DNA of 60,031 nucleotides, taken from assembly GCA_035399665.1 (NCBI GenBank), contig DAOPJM010000009.1, positions 1 through 60,031 on the forward strand, written 5' to 3'. This DNA comes from Clostridia bacterium (GTDB lineage Bacteria; Bacillota; Clostridia; Christensenellales; CAG-138). Under the pieces are notes generated by a model, which did not search any database, was not told the DNA's origin, and worked only from the letters and a program-made list of their open reading frames with translations. A program made the translations under genes and the position numbers. This document shows, in pieces, positions 8,701-18,938 of this stretch. Numbering within the stretch: position 1 is the first letter of the stretch; the number at the start of each line of letters is the position of its first letter.

Positions 8701-9603
8701 ATGGAGCTTTGTCTTATCGTTAACACGAAAGCGGGCAACGGGTTGCCCGTAACCGCCTTGAACGCCGTCGAGAAGCGCTTCAAGGAGCGCGGAGTTATGT
8801 ACACGGTTTACAATACCGAGTACCAAGGCCACGCGACCGATCTTGCAAAACAGGCGGCAGGTTCCAAAAGGTTTGATTGTATCGTGAGTATCGGTGGTGA
8901 CGGAACGGTTCGCGAGGTCGCCTTGGGGCTTATGTACAGCGACGCGGTCATGGGCATCATTCCCTGCGGTTCAGGAAACGACTTTGTGCGGCCACTCGGC
9001 ATACCCACCGATTATTTGACTGCCGCTGACATACTTGTGGACGGCGATACCATCTGTATTGACGCCGGCAAGGCCAACGATGAGGTGTTTTTCAATGTAG
9101 CGGGCTTCGGCTTTGATGTTGACGTGCTTGACAACGTGGAGCTGTACAAGTACAAGATGAAGAACGGAAGGCTTGCTTACATTATGGGGCTTTTGCGTGC
9201 GGTTTTAGGGCTGAAGTCAAGGGATGTAAGCATTACGCTTCCCGACGGCAGGCTGATAAAGCGCAAGGCGCTCATGGTCGCGGCCGGAAACGGCACCCAC
9301 ATAGGAAGCGGAATGGAGATTGCGCCATACGCCGACCTTAGAGACGGCTTGCTTGAAATCAGCATCATTCATGACGTGACCAAGCTGAACGCAATCTACG
9401 CGCTGCCGAGGTTTCTAAACGGAAAGCTTTTCGGCACAAAGTACACCACCTCGCTGAAGGTAGAGGAATTCACTGCTGACTGCGAGCCGCACTCAAGGAT
9501 TCAGGTCGATGGTGAGCGCATGGAAGGCACGCCCGTGACCTTCAGGATCCTGCCAAAGGCGCTGAACATTCGTGTCCCGAAAGGAAAGTTCGAACAAAGA
9601 TAA
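8701..9603 (+). CDS. Diacylglycerol/lipid kinase family protein (YegS/BmrU type)
   Basis: IVNTKAG, SIGGDGTVREV, GIIPCGSGNDFVRPLG, FFNVAGFGFD, IQVDGE; GAGGTG RBS before ATG 8701. Confidence 0.88.
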   Translation: MELCLIVNTKAGNGLPVTALNAVEKRFKERGVMYTVYNTEYQGHATDLAKQAAGSKRFDCIVSIGGDGTVREVALGLMYSDAVMGIIPCGSGNDFVRPLGIPTDYLTAADILVDGDTICIDAGKANDEVFFNVAGFGFDVDVLDNVELYKYKMKNGRLAYIMGLLRAVLGLKSRDVSITLPDGRLIKRKALMVAAGNGTHIGSGMEIAPYADLRDGLLEISIIHDVTKLNAIYALPRFLNGKLFGTKYTTSLKVEEFTADCEPHSRIQVDGERMEGTPVTFRILPKALNIRVPKGKFEQR

Positions 9604-10727
9604 TGGCGACGACGAAACCAAAGCTCAAAATCAATATTACAAAGCTCGTTCTGCTGTTGATTATAGCGGCGTTGCTTCTTGTTGCTTTGGGCCTTGGCGT
9701 CTATGCTTTGATCGGAGATAAGAAACAGGTCATCACCTCACAAAAGCTGCCGATCGATGCACGAACAGATCTCGTTATCGGCAAGGGCAGGGTTTCATAC
9801 ACCACCGATACAGAGCTGGTTGAATACCTCCTGGACGGGAGCGGGGTGCAGCGCAGCGCGCTCGGGGCCGCCGTTGACGGCTATGCCGTAAGCGGCAAAA
9901 CCGCTGTCGTATACTTGGACTCAATGGTTCAGATAAGAGGCATGTCCCCCCTTCAAATGACTGGTGATGTACGCGGAGTGCGCTGCTATGACAGCTATGT
10001 CGCGATACTGCGCACGGGAGCTTCGGGAAGCGACAGCGTTATCGTTGTAGACACCCAAACAGGCGAGTCGCAGGACGCACTGAACTTCGCTAAGAATACC
10101 GTGACGGGCTTTGGCTTTATAACGGAAGGCGAGACAATTTATATGTGGGTCGCAGCAACCTCCGTTGAACAGAGTACTCCTGTTTGCACACTCCAGCTGT
10201 ACGACGTTGGCAACAATGGAGCCTTGCTCTATTTCCCTGTGTTTTACGATCAACTTATAGAGAAGCTCTATATCACCGACAACAGCATTTTCATTGTCGG
10301 CACACAGGACATTGTTCGATACGAGCTTGGCGGAAGCCGTGAGTCGTATCGCGTCCGTATATATGGCAACTCAGTAGTAGACATGACCGTTAAGGATAAG
10401 ATGGCATACTACCTGCTTATGCCAGAAAACCAATCGTCAAATTCGACCATAAGGCTCATGATGATATCTGAAGGCGATACTTCGGGCGAGTCTACCATGA
10501 CCATACATATAAACGAGGAAATAGTAGGCGCTTTCCTGCAAGAGGGCGTCATTCGCATTCTGTCCGCAAACTATTTGTACTCGTATTCATACAAGGGCAA
10601 GGCGCAGTTTACGATAGAAACCGATGTGAGCTGTATAGCGGCTTTCAAGGTGGACGACAGCAGAATAATCATTACGAGCGAAAACGCTTGCTATATCTGT
10701 AAGGTAGAGGAGAAGGTCGCATGGTAA
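9603..10727 (+). CDS. Membrane-anchored beta-rich protein (DUF5711-like)
   Basis: Single N-terminal TM then repeated beta-strand pattern; position directly upstream of cvpA; family call tentative. Confidence 0.55.
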   Translation: MATTKPKLKINITKLVLLLIIAALLLVALGLGVYALIGDKKQVITSQKLPIDARTDLVIGKGRVSYTTDTELVEYLLDGSGVQRSALGAAVDGYAVSGKTAVVYLDSMVQIRGMSPLQMTGDVRGVRCYDSYVAILRTGASGSDSVIVVDTQTGESQDALNFAKNTVTGFGFITEGETIYMWVAATSVEQSTPVCTLQLYDVGNNGALLYFPVFYDQLIEKLYITDNSIFIVGTQDIVRYELGGSRESYRVRIYGNSVVDMTVKDKMAYYLLMPENQSSNSTIRLMMISEGDTSGESTMTIHINEEIVGAFLQEGVIRILSANYLYSYSYKGKAQFTIETDVSCIAAFKVDDSRIIITSENACYICKVEEKVAW

Positions 10728-11422
10728 CGGCGGTTGTGTTGCTAATAATATGTCTTGCTTTGCTTGCGGGCTACTACCGAGGGGTTATTTACTCACTTGT
10801 GTCTCTTGGAATAACCATACTCTCACTTGCGCTTGCGCTTATTTGTATCCCTCTTGTATCAAACACAGTAAAGGGCAACGAAGAACTGTACGACATGATG
10901 CTCTACTACTTCGAGGGATACGAATACATCAATAACACAGCGGTCGAGCTTGTTCATGCCAATGTTACCGAGATTAACGAGGAGGAGCTTGACGAGGTCA
11001 TAACGAACGCGGATATGCCCCTGCCGTTCGGCAGAGCTATCAAGAAGAATATCAGCAATAAGGCGTATGCCGCCGATGGGATAGAAACCCTTGGAGACTA
11101 TTTCAACCAAACCATTGTGGACGTTGTAATAAACATACTGTCGCTGCTGCTGCTGTTCGTTATATTCCGCATATCGTTCGGGCTTATCCTGCACATCGCG
11201 GATTATGGGGTAGGCGGGCTTCCCGTGCTTGCAAAGCTGGATGTACCCATTTCCTTGGGGATAGGCTTCCTGCACGGTATAATGCTGACCTTCATTGTGT
11301 TCATGCTCGTACCAATCGCTTTGACGGTACTTCCGGCTCTTGGTCGCTTTATTGAAGGCTCGGCGATTGGCGAGTTCTTTTACAGGCTGAATCCTTTTAT
11401 TTGGCTTGTACGGACTACATAG
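10721..11422 (+). CDS. CvpA family membrane protein
   Basis: LLAGYYRGVIYSLVSL N-terminal pattern, four TM segments, C-terminal IEGSAIGEFFYRLNP. Confidence 0.7.
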   Translation: MVTAVVLLIICLALLAGYYRGVIYSLVSLGITILSLALALICIPLVSNTVKGNEELYDMMLYYFEGYEYINNTAVELVHANVTEINEEELDEVITNADMPLPFGRAIKKNISNKAYAADGIETLGDYFNQTIVDVVINILSLLLLFVIFRISFGLILHIADYGVGGLPVLAKLDVPISLGIGFLHGIMLTFIVFMLVPIALTVLPALGRFIEGSAIGEFFYRLNPFIWLVRTT

Positions 11423-11495
11423 GATCTATGGCTTTATCACGGCTTTCCGCCAATAATGCGGTTCCCCGTGTTTTATGCGAAAGGAGGAGAGGTTT

Positions 11496-12824
11496 TTGCG
11501 AAGAACATTTCGCGGCGGAGTGCATCCGCTGCATAAAATCCATGAGGGCAAACCTCTGGCAATGGACAAGAGGATTGAGGTCTTTATGCCCGATCATGTT
11601 GTCATTCCAATGGGTATGCACCTTGGGGCGCCGTCGACGCCCTGCGTAAACAAGGGGGATAGGGTACTCACGGGACAGATCATTGGTACGCCTAACGGAT
11701 TTTTGGGCGTGCCCGTACACGCGAGCATCTCGGGGACGGTCTCGGCCGTCGAGCCCCGCCAACAGCTCAAAGCGCATCCTGAGATGTGCGTATGCATTGA
11801 CTCCGATGGTCAGGACGAGTGGGTGGAGCTTACGCCCGTCGGAGCGGTTGAGTCTGTCGAGCCTGCCGCCATCATGAAGGCGGTAAGGGAAGCGGGCATA
11901 TGCGGCATGGGCGGCGCGGCATTTCCGGCTGGCGTCAAGCTTGCGATACCCGAGGGCAAAAAAGCCGAGGTAGTCATTATCAACGGCTCCGAATGCGAAC
12001 CATACCTTACCTGTGACCACAGGGTGATGATCGAGGAACCAGAGCGCGTAGTAAATGGTCTGCGTCTTTTGATGCGGGCAGTAGGCGTGACCAAGGGCTA
12101 TATCGCCATTGAGGACAACAAGCCGCAATGCGTAGAGTCCATGAGGCTCGCGGCAAACGAATACCACAGCATTAGCGTAGTTGCTCTCAAGACGAAGTAT
12201 CCGCAGGGCGGTGAGAAGCAGCTTATCGAGGTCATAACCGGTAAGCAGATTCCGCAAAAGAAGCTTCCCATCGACGTCGGAGCTTTGGTGTTCAATATTC
12301 AGACCGCGGCGGCGGTCGCTGACGCGGTACTGCTTGGCAAGCCGTTGATTGAGCGTATTACGACGGTCACCGGAGCGGTAGGGGAGCCTAAGAACTTTAG
12401 ACTGAGAATAGGCACTGAGTTTGGAGACGCAATCGACGCTGCGGGCGGTTACAGTGAAACCTTTAAGAAGCTCATAGCGGGCGGACCCATGACGGGCTTC
12501 TGCTGTCCGAACGACCACATCTCCGTTCAGAAGGCCTCCGGCGGCATACTGCTGTTTGATGAGGAAATGGCAAAGCAGGACGAAGAAGGTCCTTGCATTC
12601 GCTGCGCAAAGTGCGTATCGGCCTGCCCGATCGGTCTGCTGCCTTACAGGCTCAAGTTTGACGTGGAACAACGCAACTGGGCAAGAGCGAAGGTGGACGG
12701 AGCCATGGACTGCATAGCCTGCGGCGTCTGCGCCTACACCTGCCCCGCAAATCGCCATATCACTTCAAGCATTAAGGTTGCCAAGGAAATGATAACAGCC
12801 GAGGAAAGGAGGCAGAAGAAATGA
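11496..12824 (+). CDS. rnfC: Rnf complex subunit C
   Basis: TFRGGVHP, HLGAPSTP, AGICGMGGAAFP, NGSECEPYLTCDHR, two CxxCxxCxxxCP clusters; AAGGAGG RBS favours TTG start at 11496. Confidence 0.95.
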   Translation: MRRTFRGGVHPLHKIHEGKPLAMDKRIEVFMPDHVVIPMGMHLGAPSTPCVNKGDRVLTGQIIGTPNGFLGVPVHASISGTVSAVEPRQQLKAHPEMCVCIDSDGQDEWVELTPVGAVESVEPAAIMKAVREAGICGMGGAAFPAGVKLAIPEGKKAEVVIINGSECEPYLTCDHRVMIEEPERVVNGLRLLMRAVGVTKGYIAIEDNKPQCVESMRLAANEYHSISVVALKTKYPQGGEKQLIEVITGKQIPQKKLPIDVGALVFNIQTAAAVADAVLLGKPLIERITTVTGAVGEPKNFRLRIGTEFGDAIDAAGGYSETFKKLIAGGPMTGFCCPNDHISVQKASGGILLFDEEMAKQDEEGPCIRCAKCVSACPIGLLPYRLKFDVEQRNWARAKVDGAMDCIACGVCAYTCPANRHITSSIKVAKEMITAEERRQKK

Positions 12825-13735
12825 ACTTTACCGTTTCAACCGCCCCGCACATTCACAGTGAACAAACTACCCAGCGCCTGATGCTCAAGGTCATAGTTGC
12901 ATTGGCGCCCTGCGTAGCTGCTGCCATATACTTCTTTGGCTGGCGCGCACTTGTGATTGATGTTATTGCTGTTGTGTCCTGCGTGTTCTTTGAGTTCTTA
13001 GCTCAAAAGATAGCCAAACGTCCTATCACCATCAATGACCTTTCGGCCGTAGTCACAGGTATAATACTTGCGATGAACATGCCCGCAACCGCGACTTGGT
13101 GGATGGTAGTGATAGGAAGCGCTGTCGCTATACTGCTTGTAAAGCAGCTGTTCGGCGGCATTGGCTGCAACTTCCTCAATCCCGCTTTGGCGGCAAGAGC
13201 CGTCCTGTTGACTTCTTGGCCGTCACGCATGACCAACTTCACCCTGCCCACAGGCTTCGCAGGAGACGCCGTTTCATCGGCTACTCCGCTTGCAGGATAT
13301 GAGGCCAAGACCATACAGCTGCTTTTGGGCAATGTTCCGGGCAGCATAGGTGAGGTCTGCAAGATTGCCATACTGATTGGCGGCGCTTACCTCTTGATTG
13401 CCAAGGTTATAAAATGGTACGTCCCGGTATCATTTATCGGCACGTTCATGATATTCTCTTGGATATTCGGGCAAAACCCCATCACTGCGGTCTTGAGCGG
13501 CGGCATACTCTTTGGCGCCGTGTTCATGGCAACCGACTACGTCACTAACCCGATGACCGCTGTCGGCAAGCTCATATTCGGCTTTGGATGCGGACTTATT
13601 GTTGCTATACTTCGTAACTTTACGCCTATGGCGGAGGGCGTCACCTACGCTATTTTGATTATGAACGTAGTTACGCCGCTTATTGACAAGTATATCAAGC
13701 CCAAGGTGTACGGGGAGGTGAAGGCTCATGCGTAA
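12821..13735 (+). CDS. rnfD: Rnf complex subunit D
   Basis: STAPHIH, KQLFGGIGCNFLNPA, FMN site DAVSSATPL, MATDYVTNP. Confidence 0.95.
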   Translation: MNFTVSTAPHIHSEQTTQRLMLKVIVALAPCVAAAIYFFGWRALVIDVIAVVSCVFFEFLAQKIAKRPITINDLSAVVTGIILAMNMPATATWWMVVIGSAVAILLVKQLFGGIGCNFLNPALAARAVLLTSWPSRMTNFTLPTGFAGDAVSSATPLAGYEAKTIQLLLGNVPGSIGEVCKIAILIGGAYLLIAKVIKWYVPVSFIGTFMIFSWIFGQNPITAVLSGGILFGAVFMATDYVTNPMTAVGKLIFGFGCGLIVAILRNFTPMAEGVTYAILIMNVVTPLIDKYIKPKVYGEVKAHA

Positions 13736-14270
13736 GGAAAGCATACTTGTACTCGGGCTGAAGCTCCTTGCGATTGCAATCATCGCGGGGCTTGCACTCG
13801 GGGTTGTCAACGCAATCACCAAGGAACCCATCGCGGAACAAACGCGTTTGGCTGCGGACGAAGCAAGGCGTTCCGTACTTCCGCTTGCCGCCGAGTTTAC
13901 CCAGATAGAGGGCAGTGACATATATGAGGGTAAAGACTCATCGAACAATATCGTAGGCTACACCCTTGCGGGCATTACCAATGGTTACGGCGGAGAAATT
14001 GAAGTCACCGTGGGAATCGATCTTGAGGGAATTATAACAGGCGTCAGCGTCGGCGGAGCAAACTTCTCCGAGACCGCAGGCCTTGGAGCGAAAACCAAGA
14101 CCGACCCGACATTTAGGCAGCAGTTCATCGGACTGTCAGGCACAATAGCCTTGAAAAAGGACGGGGGACAGATTGACGCCGTGACAAGCGCGACGATAAG
14201 CAGCAGAGCCGTGACCAATGAGGTTGAGGCTTTGAGGGCGGAGCTTGTCGCATATTTGGGAGGTAAGTAA
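13728..14270 (+). CDS. rnfG: Rnf complex subunit G
   Basis: N-terminal TM, GYGGEI, SETAGLG, FMN site IDAVTSATISS. Confidence 0.93.
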   Translation: MRKESILVLGLKLLAIAIIAGLALGVVNAITKEPIAEQTRLAADEARRSVLPLAAEFTQIEGSDIYEGKDSSNNIVGYTLAGITNGYGGEIEVTVGIDLEGIITGVSVGGANFSETAGLGAKTKTDPTFRQQFIGLSGTIALKKDGGQIDAVTSATISSRAVTNEVEALRAELVAYLGGK

Positions 14271-14271
14271 A

Positions 14272-14901
14272 ATGGAAAAGAAAAAACTAAGTTCCGTTTT
14301 CTTCAACGGCATAATAACTGAGAACCCAACGTTCCGACTTGTTCTCGGCACTTGCCCCACAATGGCGGTAACGACGAGCGCGATAAACGGCGTTGGCATG
14401 GGGCTTGCCGCGACCTTCGTTCTACTGGGCAGCAACATAGTTATATCGCTCCTGCGCAACTTCATACCCGACAAGATAAGGATTCCCGCTTTCATCGTGG
14501 TTATCTGCACCTTCGTTACCGTGGTACAGATGCTGCTGCAGGCGTTCATTCCTTCGCTCTATGAGTCGCTTGGCATGTTCATACCGCTCATAGTTGTCAA
14601 CTGTATCATCCTTGCCAGAGCTGAAGCATTTGCTTCCAAGAACGGCGTAGGAGCTTCGGCGGTTGATGGTCTTGGAATGGGCTTAGGCTTTACGCTTGCG
14701 ATAACCATCATGGGCGCAATCCGCGAGATAATCGGAAACGGCAGCGTGTTCGGGCTTCAGCTTTTCGGAGCTTCCTATGAGCCAATGCTGCTTGTCATAA
14801 TGCCCGCGGGCGGATTCATCGTATACGGTCTGTTGCTTTGGTGCATGAACCTTATCGTCGCGAAGGCCGAATCAAAGAGGAATAAGGAGGTGGCCAAGTA
14901 A
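14272..14901 (+). CDS. rnfE: Rnf complex subunit E
   Basis: ENPTFRLVLGTCPTMAVT, FIPLIVVNCIILARAE; GGAGG RBS before ATG 14272. Confidence 0.95.
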   Translation: MEKKKLSSVFFNGIITENPTFRLVLGTCPTMAVTTSAINGVGMGLAATFVLLGSNIVISLLRNFIPDKIRIPAFIVVICTFVTVVQMLLQAFIPSLYESLGMFIPLIVVNCIILARAEAFASKNGVGASAVDGLGMGLGFTLAITIMGAIREIIGNGSVFGLQLFGASYEPMLLVIMPAGGFIVYGLLLWCMNLIVAKAESKRNKEVAK

Positions 14902-15524
14902 TGCAGATAACAATAGGAAACATACTGCTGTTCATGGTCAGCTGCGTGTTGGCCAACAACTTCATATTTTCACGCTTCTTGGGCTGCTGCCCCTTCCTTG
15001 GGGTATCGAGCAAGGTTGAGACCGCGTTCGGCATGGGCATGGCGGTCACTTTCGTTATGGCCTTGGCGTCGCTGTTCTGCTATGCGATTAACAAGTGGGT
15101 GCTTATGCCTTTAGGCATTGAGTACCTGCAAACCATAGCCTTCATACTCGTCATCGCCGCTCTGGTGCAATGCGTGGAGATGTTCCTTAAAAAGTCGTCG
15201 CCTTCGCTGTATAACGCGCTCGGCATATACCTTCCGCTTATAACCACCAACTGCGCCGTCTTGGGCGTCTGCATACTCAATGTCGATTACGCGGCGCCTG
15301 AGTTTGCCAACGGACTTTTCTGGTCGGTCATGAACGGTGTGTTCGGAGCGATAGGCTTCCTTGTCGCCATAGTGCTTATGGCGGGTATAAGGGAACGCTT
15401 AGAGGACGCAAACATCCCGAAGTCCCTTAAGGGCTTCCCAATCTCGCTCATCACGGCGGGACTGATGAGCATAGCCTTCATGGGCTTTGCAAGTCTGTCC
15501 GGTCTGCTGTCGGGATTGCAGTAA
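14901..15524 (+). CDS. rnfA: Rnf complex subunit A
   Basis: NNFIFSRFLGCCPFLGVS, GIYLPLITTNCAVLG, GIRERL. Confidence 0.95.
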   Translation: MQITIGNILLFMVSCVLANNFIFSRFLGCCPFLGVSSKVETAFGMGMAVTFVMALASLFCYAINKWVLMPLGIEYLQTIAFILVIAALVQCVEMFLKKSSPSLYNALGIYLPLITTNCAVLGVCILNVDYAAPEFANGLFWSVMNGVFGAIGFLVAIVLMAGIRERLEDANIPKSLKGFPISLITAGLMSIAFMGFASLSGLLSGLQ

Positions 15525-15535
15525 GGAGGTAAGCT

Positions 15536-16363
15536 ATGGATTTTCTTCCCATTGTCTACGCAGTCGCCATTCTGGGCGGTCTTGGTGTAATATTCGGCCT
15601 TCTCTTGGGCTTTGTCGGAAAGAAATTTGAAGTCAAAGTCGATGAGAGGGTGACGAGAGTTCGCGCTTGCCTCGGCGGAGCCAACTGCGGTGCGTGCGGC
15701 TTTCCGGGTTGTGACGGCTTTGCGCAAGCCGTTGTTGATGGCAAAGCTCCTGTTACCGGCTGCACTGCGGGCGGTAAAAAGACTGCCGATGCGATAGGTG
15801 ATATTATGGGCGTTAAGGCTGAAGTGGGCGAGAGGCTTGTGGCGAGGGTTCGCTGCAACGGTACGCTTGATAACGTCTCATCGCGCTATGATTACGCGGG
15901 TGTGAAGAGCTGCCGAGTCGCGGCCCAGCTTGCGGGCGGTTCCAAGGCTTGCAGCTTTGCCTGCTTGGGCTTTGGCGATTGCGTCCATGTATGCAAGTTC
16001 GACAGCATCCATGTCGTAAACGGTGTGGCGGTCGCAAACGACGACACCTGCACAGGCTGCGGAGCTTGCGTGGAGCAATGCCCAAGAAGCATTATCGCCT
16101 TGATTCCCAAAAATCGTACCATCGTCGTAAAATGCCGCAACATCGAAGTCGGAAAGATTGCAAGAGCGCAATGTAAGAGCGCATGTATCGGCTGCAAGAT
16201 GTGCGAGAGAACCTGTCCCTCCGATGCCGTTCATGTTGTTAACGGCGTTGCGGAGATAGATCCCGCCAAATGTACCCGCTGCGGCGCATGCGTTGTAAAG
16301 TGCCCCACCAAGTGCATCTTCAACTTCTTTGAAGGTCTGCAAGAGAGCTACGATTGGGAATAA
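15536..16363 (+). CDS. rnfB: Rnf complex subunit B (polyferredoxin type)
   Basis: N-terminal TM, GANCGACGFPGC, several ferredoxin Cys clusters. Confidence 0.95.
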   Translation: MDFLPIVYAVAILGGLGVIFGLLLGFVGKKFEVKVDERVTRVRACLGGANCGACGFPGCDGFAQAVVDGKAPVTGCTAGGKKTADAIGDIMGVKAEVGERLVARVRCNGTLDNVSSRYDYAGVKSCRVAAQLAGGSKACSFACLGFGDCVHVCKFDSIHVVNGVAVANDDTCTGCGACVEQCPRSIIALIPKNRTIVVKCRNIEVGKIARAQCKSACIGCKMCERTCPSDAVHVVNGVAEIDPAKCTRCGACVVKCPTKCIFNFFEGLQESYDWE

Positions 16364-16400
16364 CTCTGCCGATTCGCGAATACGGAATAGACACTAAAGA

Positions 16401-16433
16401 TAAAGCCGCTCGACCTAATGCCGAGCGGCTTTA
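16401..16433. terminator. Bidirectional terminator between rnfB and malQ
   Basis: 12-bp stem TAAAGCCGCTCG/CGAGCGGCTTTA between convergent genes. Confidence 0.75.
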
Positions 16434-16450
16434 TACATTTCGCGTGAGAG

Positions 16451-17944
16451 CTACTTCCTCTTCTTTTGCACACGCTGGGGCGCTCTTGCACAAATCTGTG
16501 TATAGTGCGCAAGTCTGATAAATATAGCGGAATCCATGTCGCAAGGCAAAGCACGGTACGTCCAGCATCCCAAGGATTGCGGCGAGTTCATCTGAGTTTT
16601 TGAGCCTATAAGGTCCTGAAATTGGACAATTACAAGCTCGGAGGAGGAGGTCATCAAGCCTCGAATAAAGCCGAAATTCAGTCCCTCTCGCTCGCTCAAG
16701 CCAAGGTAGTCTACGGCCATGGCAACGCTCCTTGAGGGCGCGTTATCAATCCATTTCATCATCGGCTCGCAATCGTGGGTGGAAGCGTATGCCACGCAAT
16801 GAACGGGGTAGTTGTGCGGAAGCTCGCGTGAATCGTTATCGGGATCGAAGCCAAACTCCATCACACGCATACCCGCATAGCCGGAGGCCGAGAGCAAGTT
16901 CTTAACGGCGGGAGTGAGGTAGCCCAAATCTTCGGCAATGATATGCACATCGGGACAACTGCGCTTGAACGCTTCAATAAGCTCTATATCGGGTCCCTTG
17001 CGCCAATAACCGTTCTTCGCAGAAGTGCTGCCCACGGGTATGCACCAATAGCTTTCAAGACCTCTGAAGTGGTCAATCCTTACAAGTGAAAACCTGCGTC
17101 CGGTGACCCTTAGACGTTCGCACCACCAAGAATAGCCATCATCACGGTGCTTATCCCAACGGTAAAGCGGGTTGCCCCAAAGCTGACCGCACTCGGAAAG
17201 ACCGTCGGGCGGTACACCTGCGACCTCATTCGGGTACAAATCATCGTCGAGGTCGAATAATTCGGGCGAGAACCAAACATCTGCGCTGTCTAAGGGAAGG
17301 TATATGGGTATGTCCCCGATAAACTCAATACCTTTGCTTTGGGCATAAGTGCGAAGCATTGTAAACTGCTCGTCCGCTTTGTATTGGACGAAGCAATGGA
17401 AGGCTGTTTCGTCCGTAAGCTCCGCTGCAACACGCCGAACAGCTTCATCAGAGCGAAACTTCAGCTCATCGCTCCACTCATACCAAGGCTTGCCGCCAAA
17501 GGAATCCTTAATCGCGCAATAGAGAGCATGTTTATAAAGCCATGATGAATTTTCCTTACAGAACTCATTCATTAAGTCGCGATCGAAGCGGTTGAAAGCC
17601 TTACGAAGTACAACAAAACGATTCTGGTATATTTTCCCAAAGTCAACAGATGAGGGATCGTCTCCCCAGTCAAGCGAGGTTTCGTGAGCTTCGAGCAAGC
17701 CCTCATCCACAAGCGTATCAAGGTCAATGAAGTACGGGTTCAAAGCAAAACCCGAGTACGATTGATAGGGCGAATCACCATATCCGGTGGGAGAAAGGGG
17801 CAGCATTTGCCAATAGCTTTGTTTTCCGAGGGCTAAGAGATCGACAAAATCATAAGCAGCTTTTCCGAATGTGCCTATGCCATACGGAGAGGGCAGGGAA
17901 GACACATGAAGCAGCACAGCCGAAGAACGTTTCAAAAAGTTCAC
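16451..17944 (-). CDS. malQ: 4-alpha-glucanotransferase (GH77)
   Basis: LLHVSSLPSPYGIG, SPYQS, GDIPIY, QLWGNPLY, RIDHFRG, AEDLG, STHD; GTG start. Confidence 0.95.
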   Translation of the reverse strand: MNFLKRSSAVLLHVSSLPSPYGIGTFGKAAYDFVDLLALGKQSYWQMLPLSPTGYGDSPYQSYSGFALNPYFIDLDTLVDEGLLEAHETSLDWGDDPSSVDFGKIYQNRFVVLRKAFNRFDRDLMNEFCKENSSWLYKHALYCAIKDSFGGKPWYEWSDELKFRSDEAVRRVAAELTDETAFHCFVQYKADEQFTMLRTYAQSKGIEFIGDIPIYLPLDSADVWFSPELFDLDDDLYPNEVAGVPPDGLSECGQLWGNPLYRWDKHRDDGYSWWCERLRVTGRRFSLVRIDHFRGLESYWCIPVGSTSAKNGYWRKGPDIELIEAFKRSCPDVHIIAEDLGYLTPAVKNLLSASGYAGMRVMEFGFDPDNDSRELPHNYPVHCVAYASTHDCEPMMKWIDNAPSRSVAMAVDYLGLSEREGLNFGFIRGLMTSSSELVIVQFQDLIGSKTQMNSPQSLGCWTYRALPCDMDSAIFIRLAHYTQICARAPQRVQKKRK

Positions 17945-18027
17945 CTCAAATCTTAAATGCTGTTCCTATTTTAGCATATCTGTGTTATAATACAAAGGAT
18001 TTTTATTGAACAAGGAGAACTTTTGAC

Positions 18028-18930
18028 ATGGAACGTCTTTGCCTTTCACCCGAGGTTGAAAGGGCTTTGGCTGAGAACAAGCCCATAATCGCTATGGAAA
18101 GCACCATAATTTCACACGGTATGCCATACCCGCAGAACGTTGAGACCGCGCTAATGTGCCAGAAAATAGCGCGCGAGAACGGCGCCGTCCCCGCCACCTG
18201 CGCAATAATAGGCGGCAAGCTCTGTGCCGGGCTGACCGATGAACAGATTGACTATCTTGGCCGAGAGGGTCATAAGGTCGTTAAGGCAAGCCGCAGAGAT
18301 ATACCGCTGCTTGTCGCAAAGGGAATGGACGGAGCGGCCACTGTCGCGGCTACCATGATAATCGCTAAGATGGCCGGTATCAAGGTGTTCGCGACCGGCG
18401 GTATCGGCGGAGTTCACAGAGGCGCTCAGACCACGATGGACATTTCAGCGGATTTGGATGAGCTTTCCAAGACCAATGTAACGGTGGTATGCGCAGGCGC
18501 AAAGAGCATACTTGATCTCAATCTCACAATGGAGTACCTTGAGACCAAGGGCGTACCCGTGGTAGGTTATGGCACGGACGAGCTGCCCGCGTTCTACACA
18601 CGCCAAAGCGGCATCAAGCTCAACTGGAGAGCTGATTCACCTGAGGAAGCGGCGTCTTATATAAGGGCGTCGCATGAGTTGAATTACGACGGAGGGATAT
18701 TGATAGTCAACCCCATCCCCGAGGAGTACTCGATGGACGCCGCGTATATCAACGCCGCAATCGATGAAGCGATAGCAGAGGCTGAAGCTCAAGGCGTCAA
18801 GGGCAAGGCGACTACGCCGTTCCTGCTTGCCGCTGTCAAGGATATAACAGGCGGATCAAGCTTGGCCTCCAACATTCAACTTGTTTACAACAACGTCAAG
18901 GTCGCGGCCAAGATCGCGGCGGCTCTGTAA
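18028..18930 (+). CDS. psuG: Pseudouridine-5'-phosphate glycosidase
   Basis: AMESTIISHGMPYPQN, ATGGIGGVHRG, DISADLDEL, GAKSILD, GKATTPFLL. Confidence 0.93.
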   Translation: MERLCLSPEVERALAENKPIIAMESTIISHGMPYPQNVETALMCQKIARENGAVPATCAIIGGKLCAGLTDEQIDYLGREGHKVVKASRRDIPLLVAKGMDGAATVAATMIIAKMAGIKVFATGGIGGVHRGAQTTMDISADLDELSKTNVTVVCAGAKSILDLNLTMEYLETKGVPVVGYGTDELPAFYTRQSGIKLNWRADSPEEAASYIRASHELNYDGGILIVNPIPEEYSMDAAYINAAIDEAIAEAEAQGVKGKATTPFLLAAVKDITGGSSLASNIQLVYNNVKVAAKIAAAL

Positions 18931-18938
18931 GGTACGGC

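Noticed and set aside
11415-12758. 447-aa ORF antisense to rnfC (similarly 4352-5029, 22598-23392, 31999-32685, 44340-45395, 46029-46781)
   Set aside because: Each lies wholly opposite a well-conserved gene, has no RBS, promoter or recognisable motif, and is expected from codon bias.
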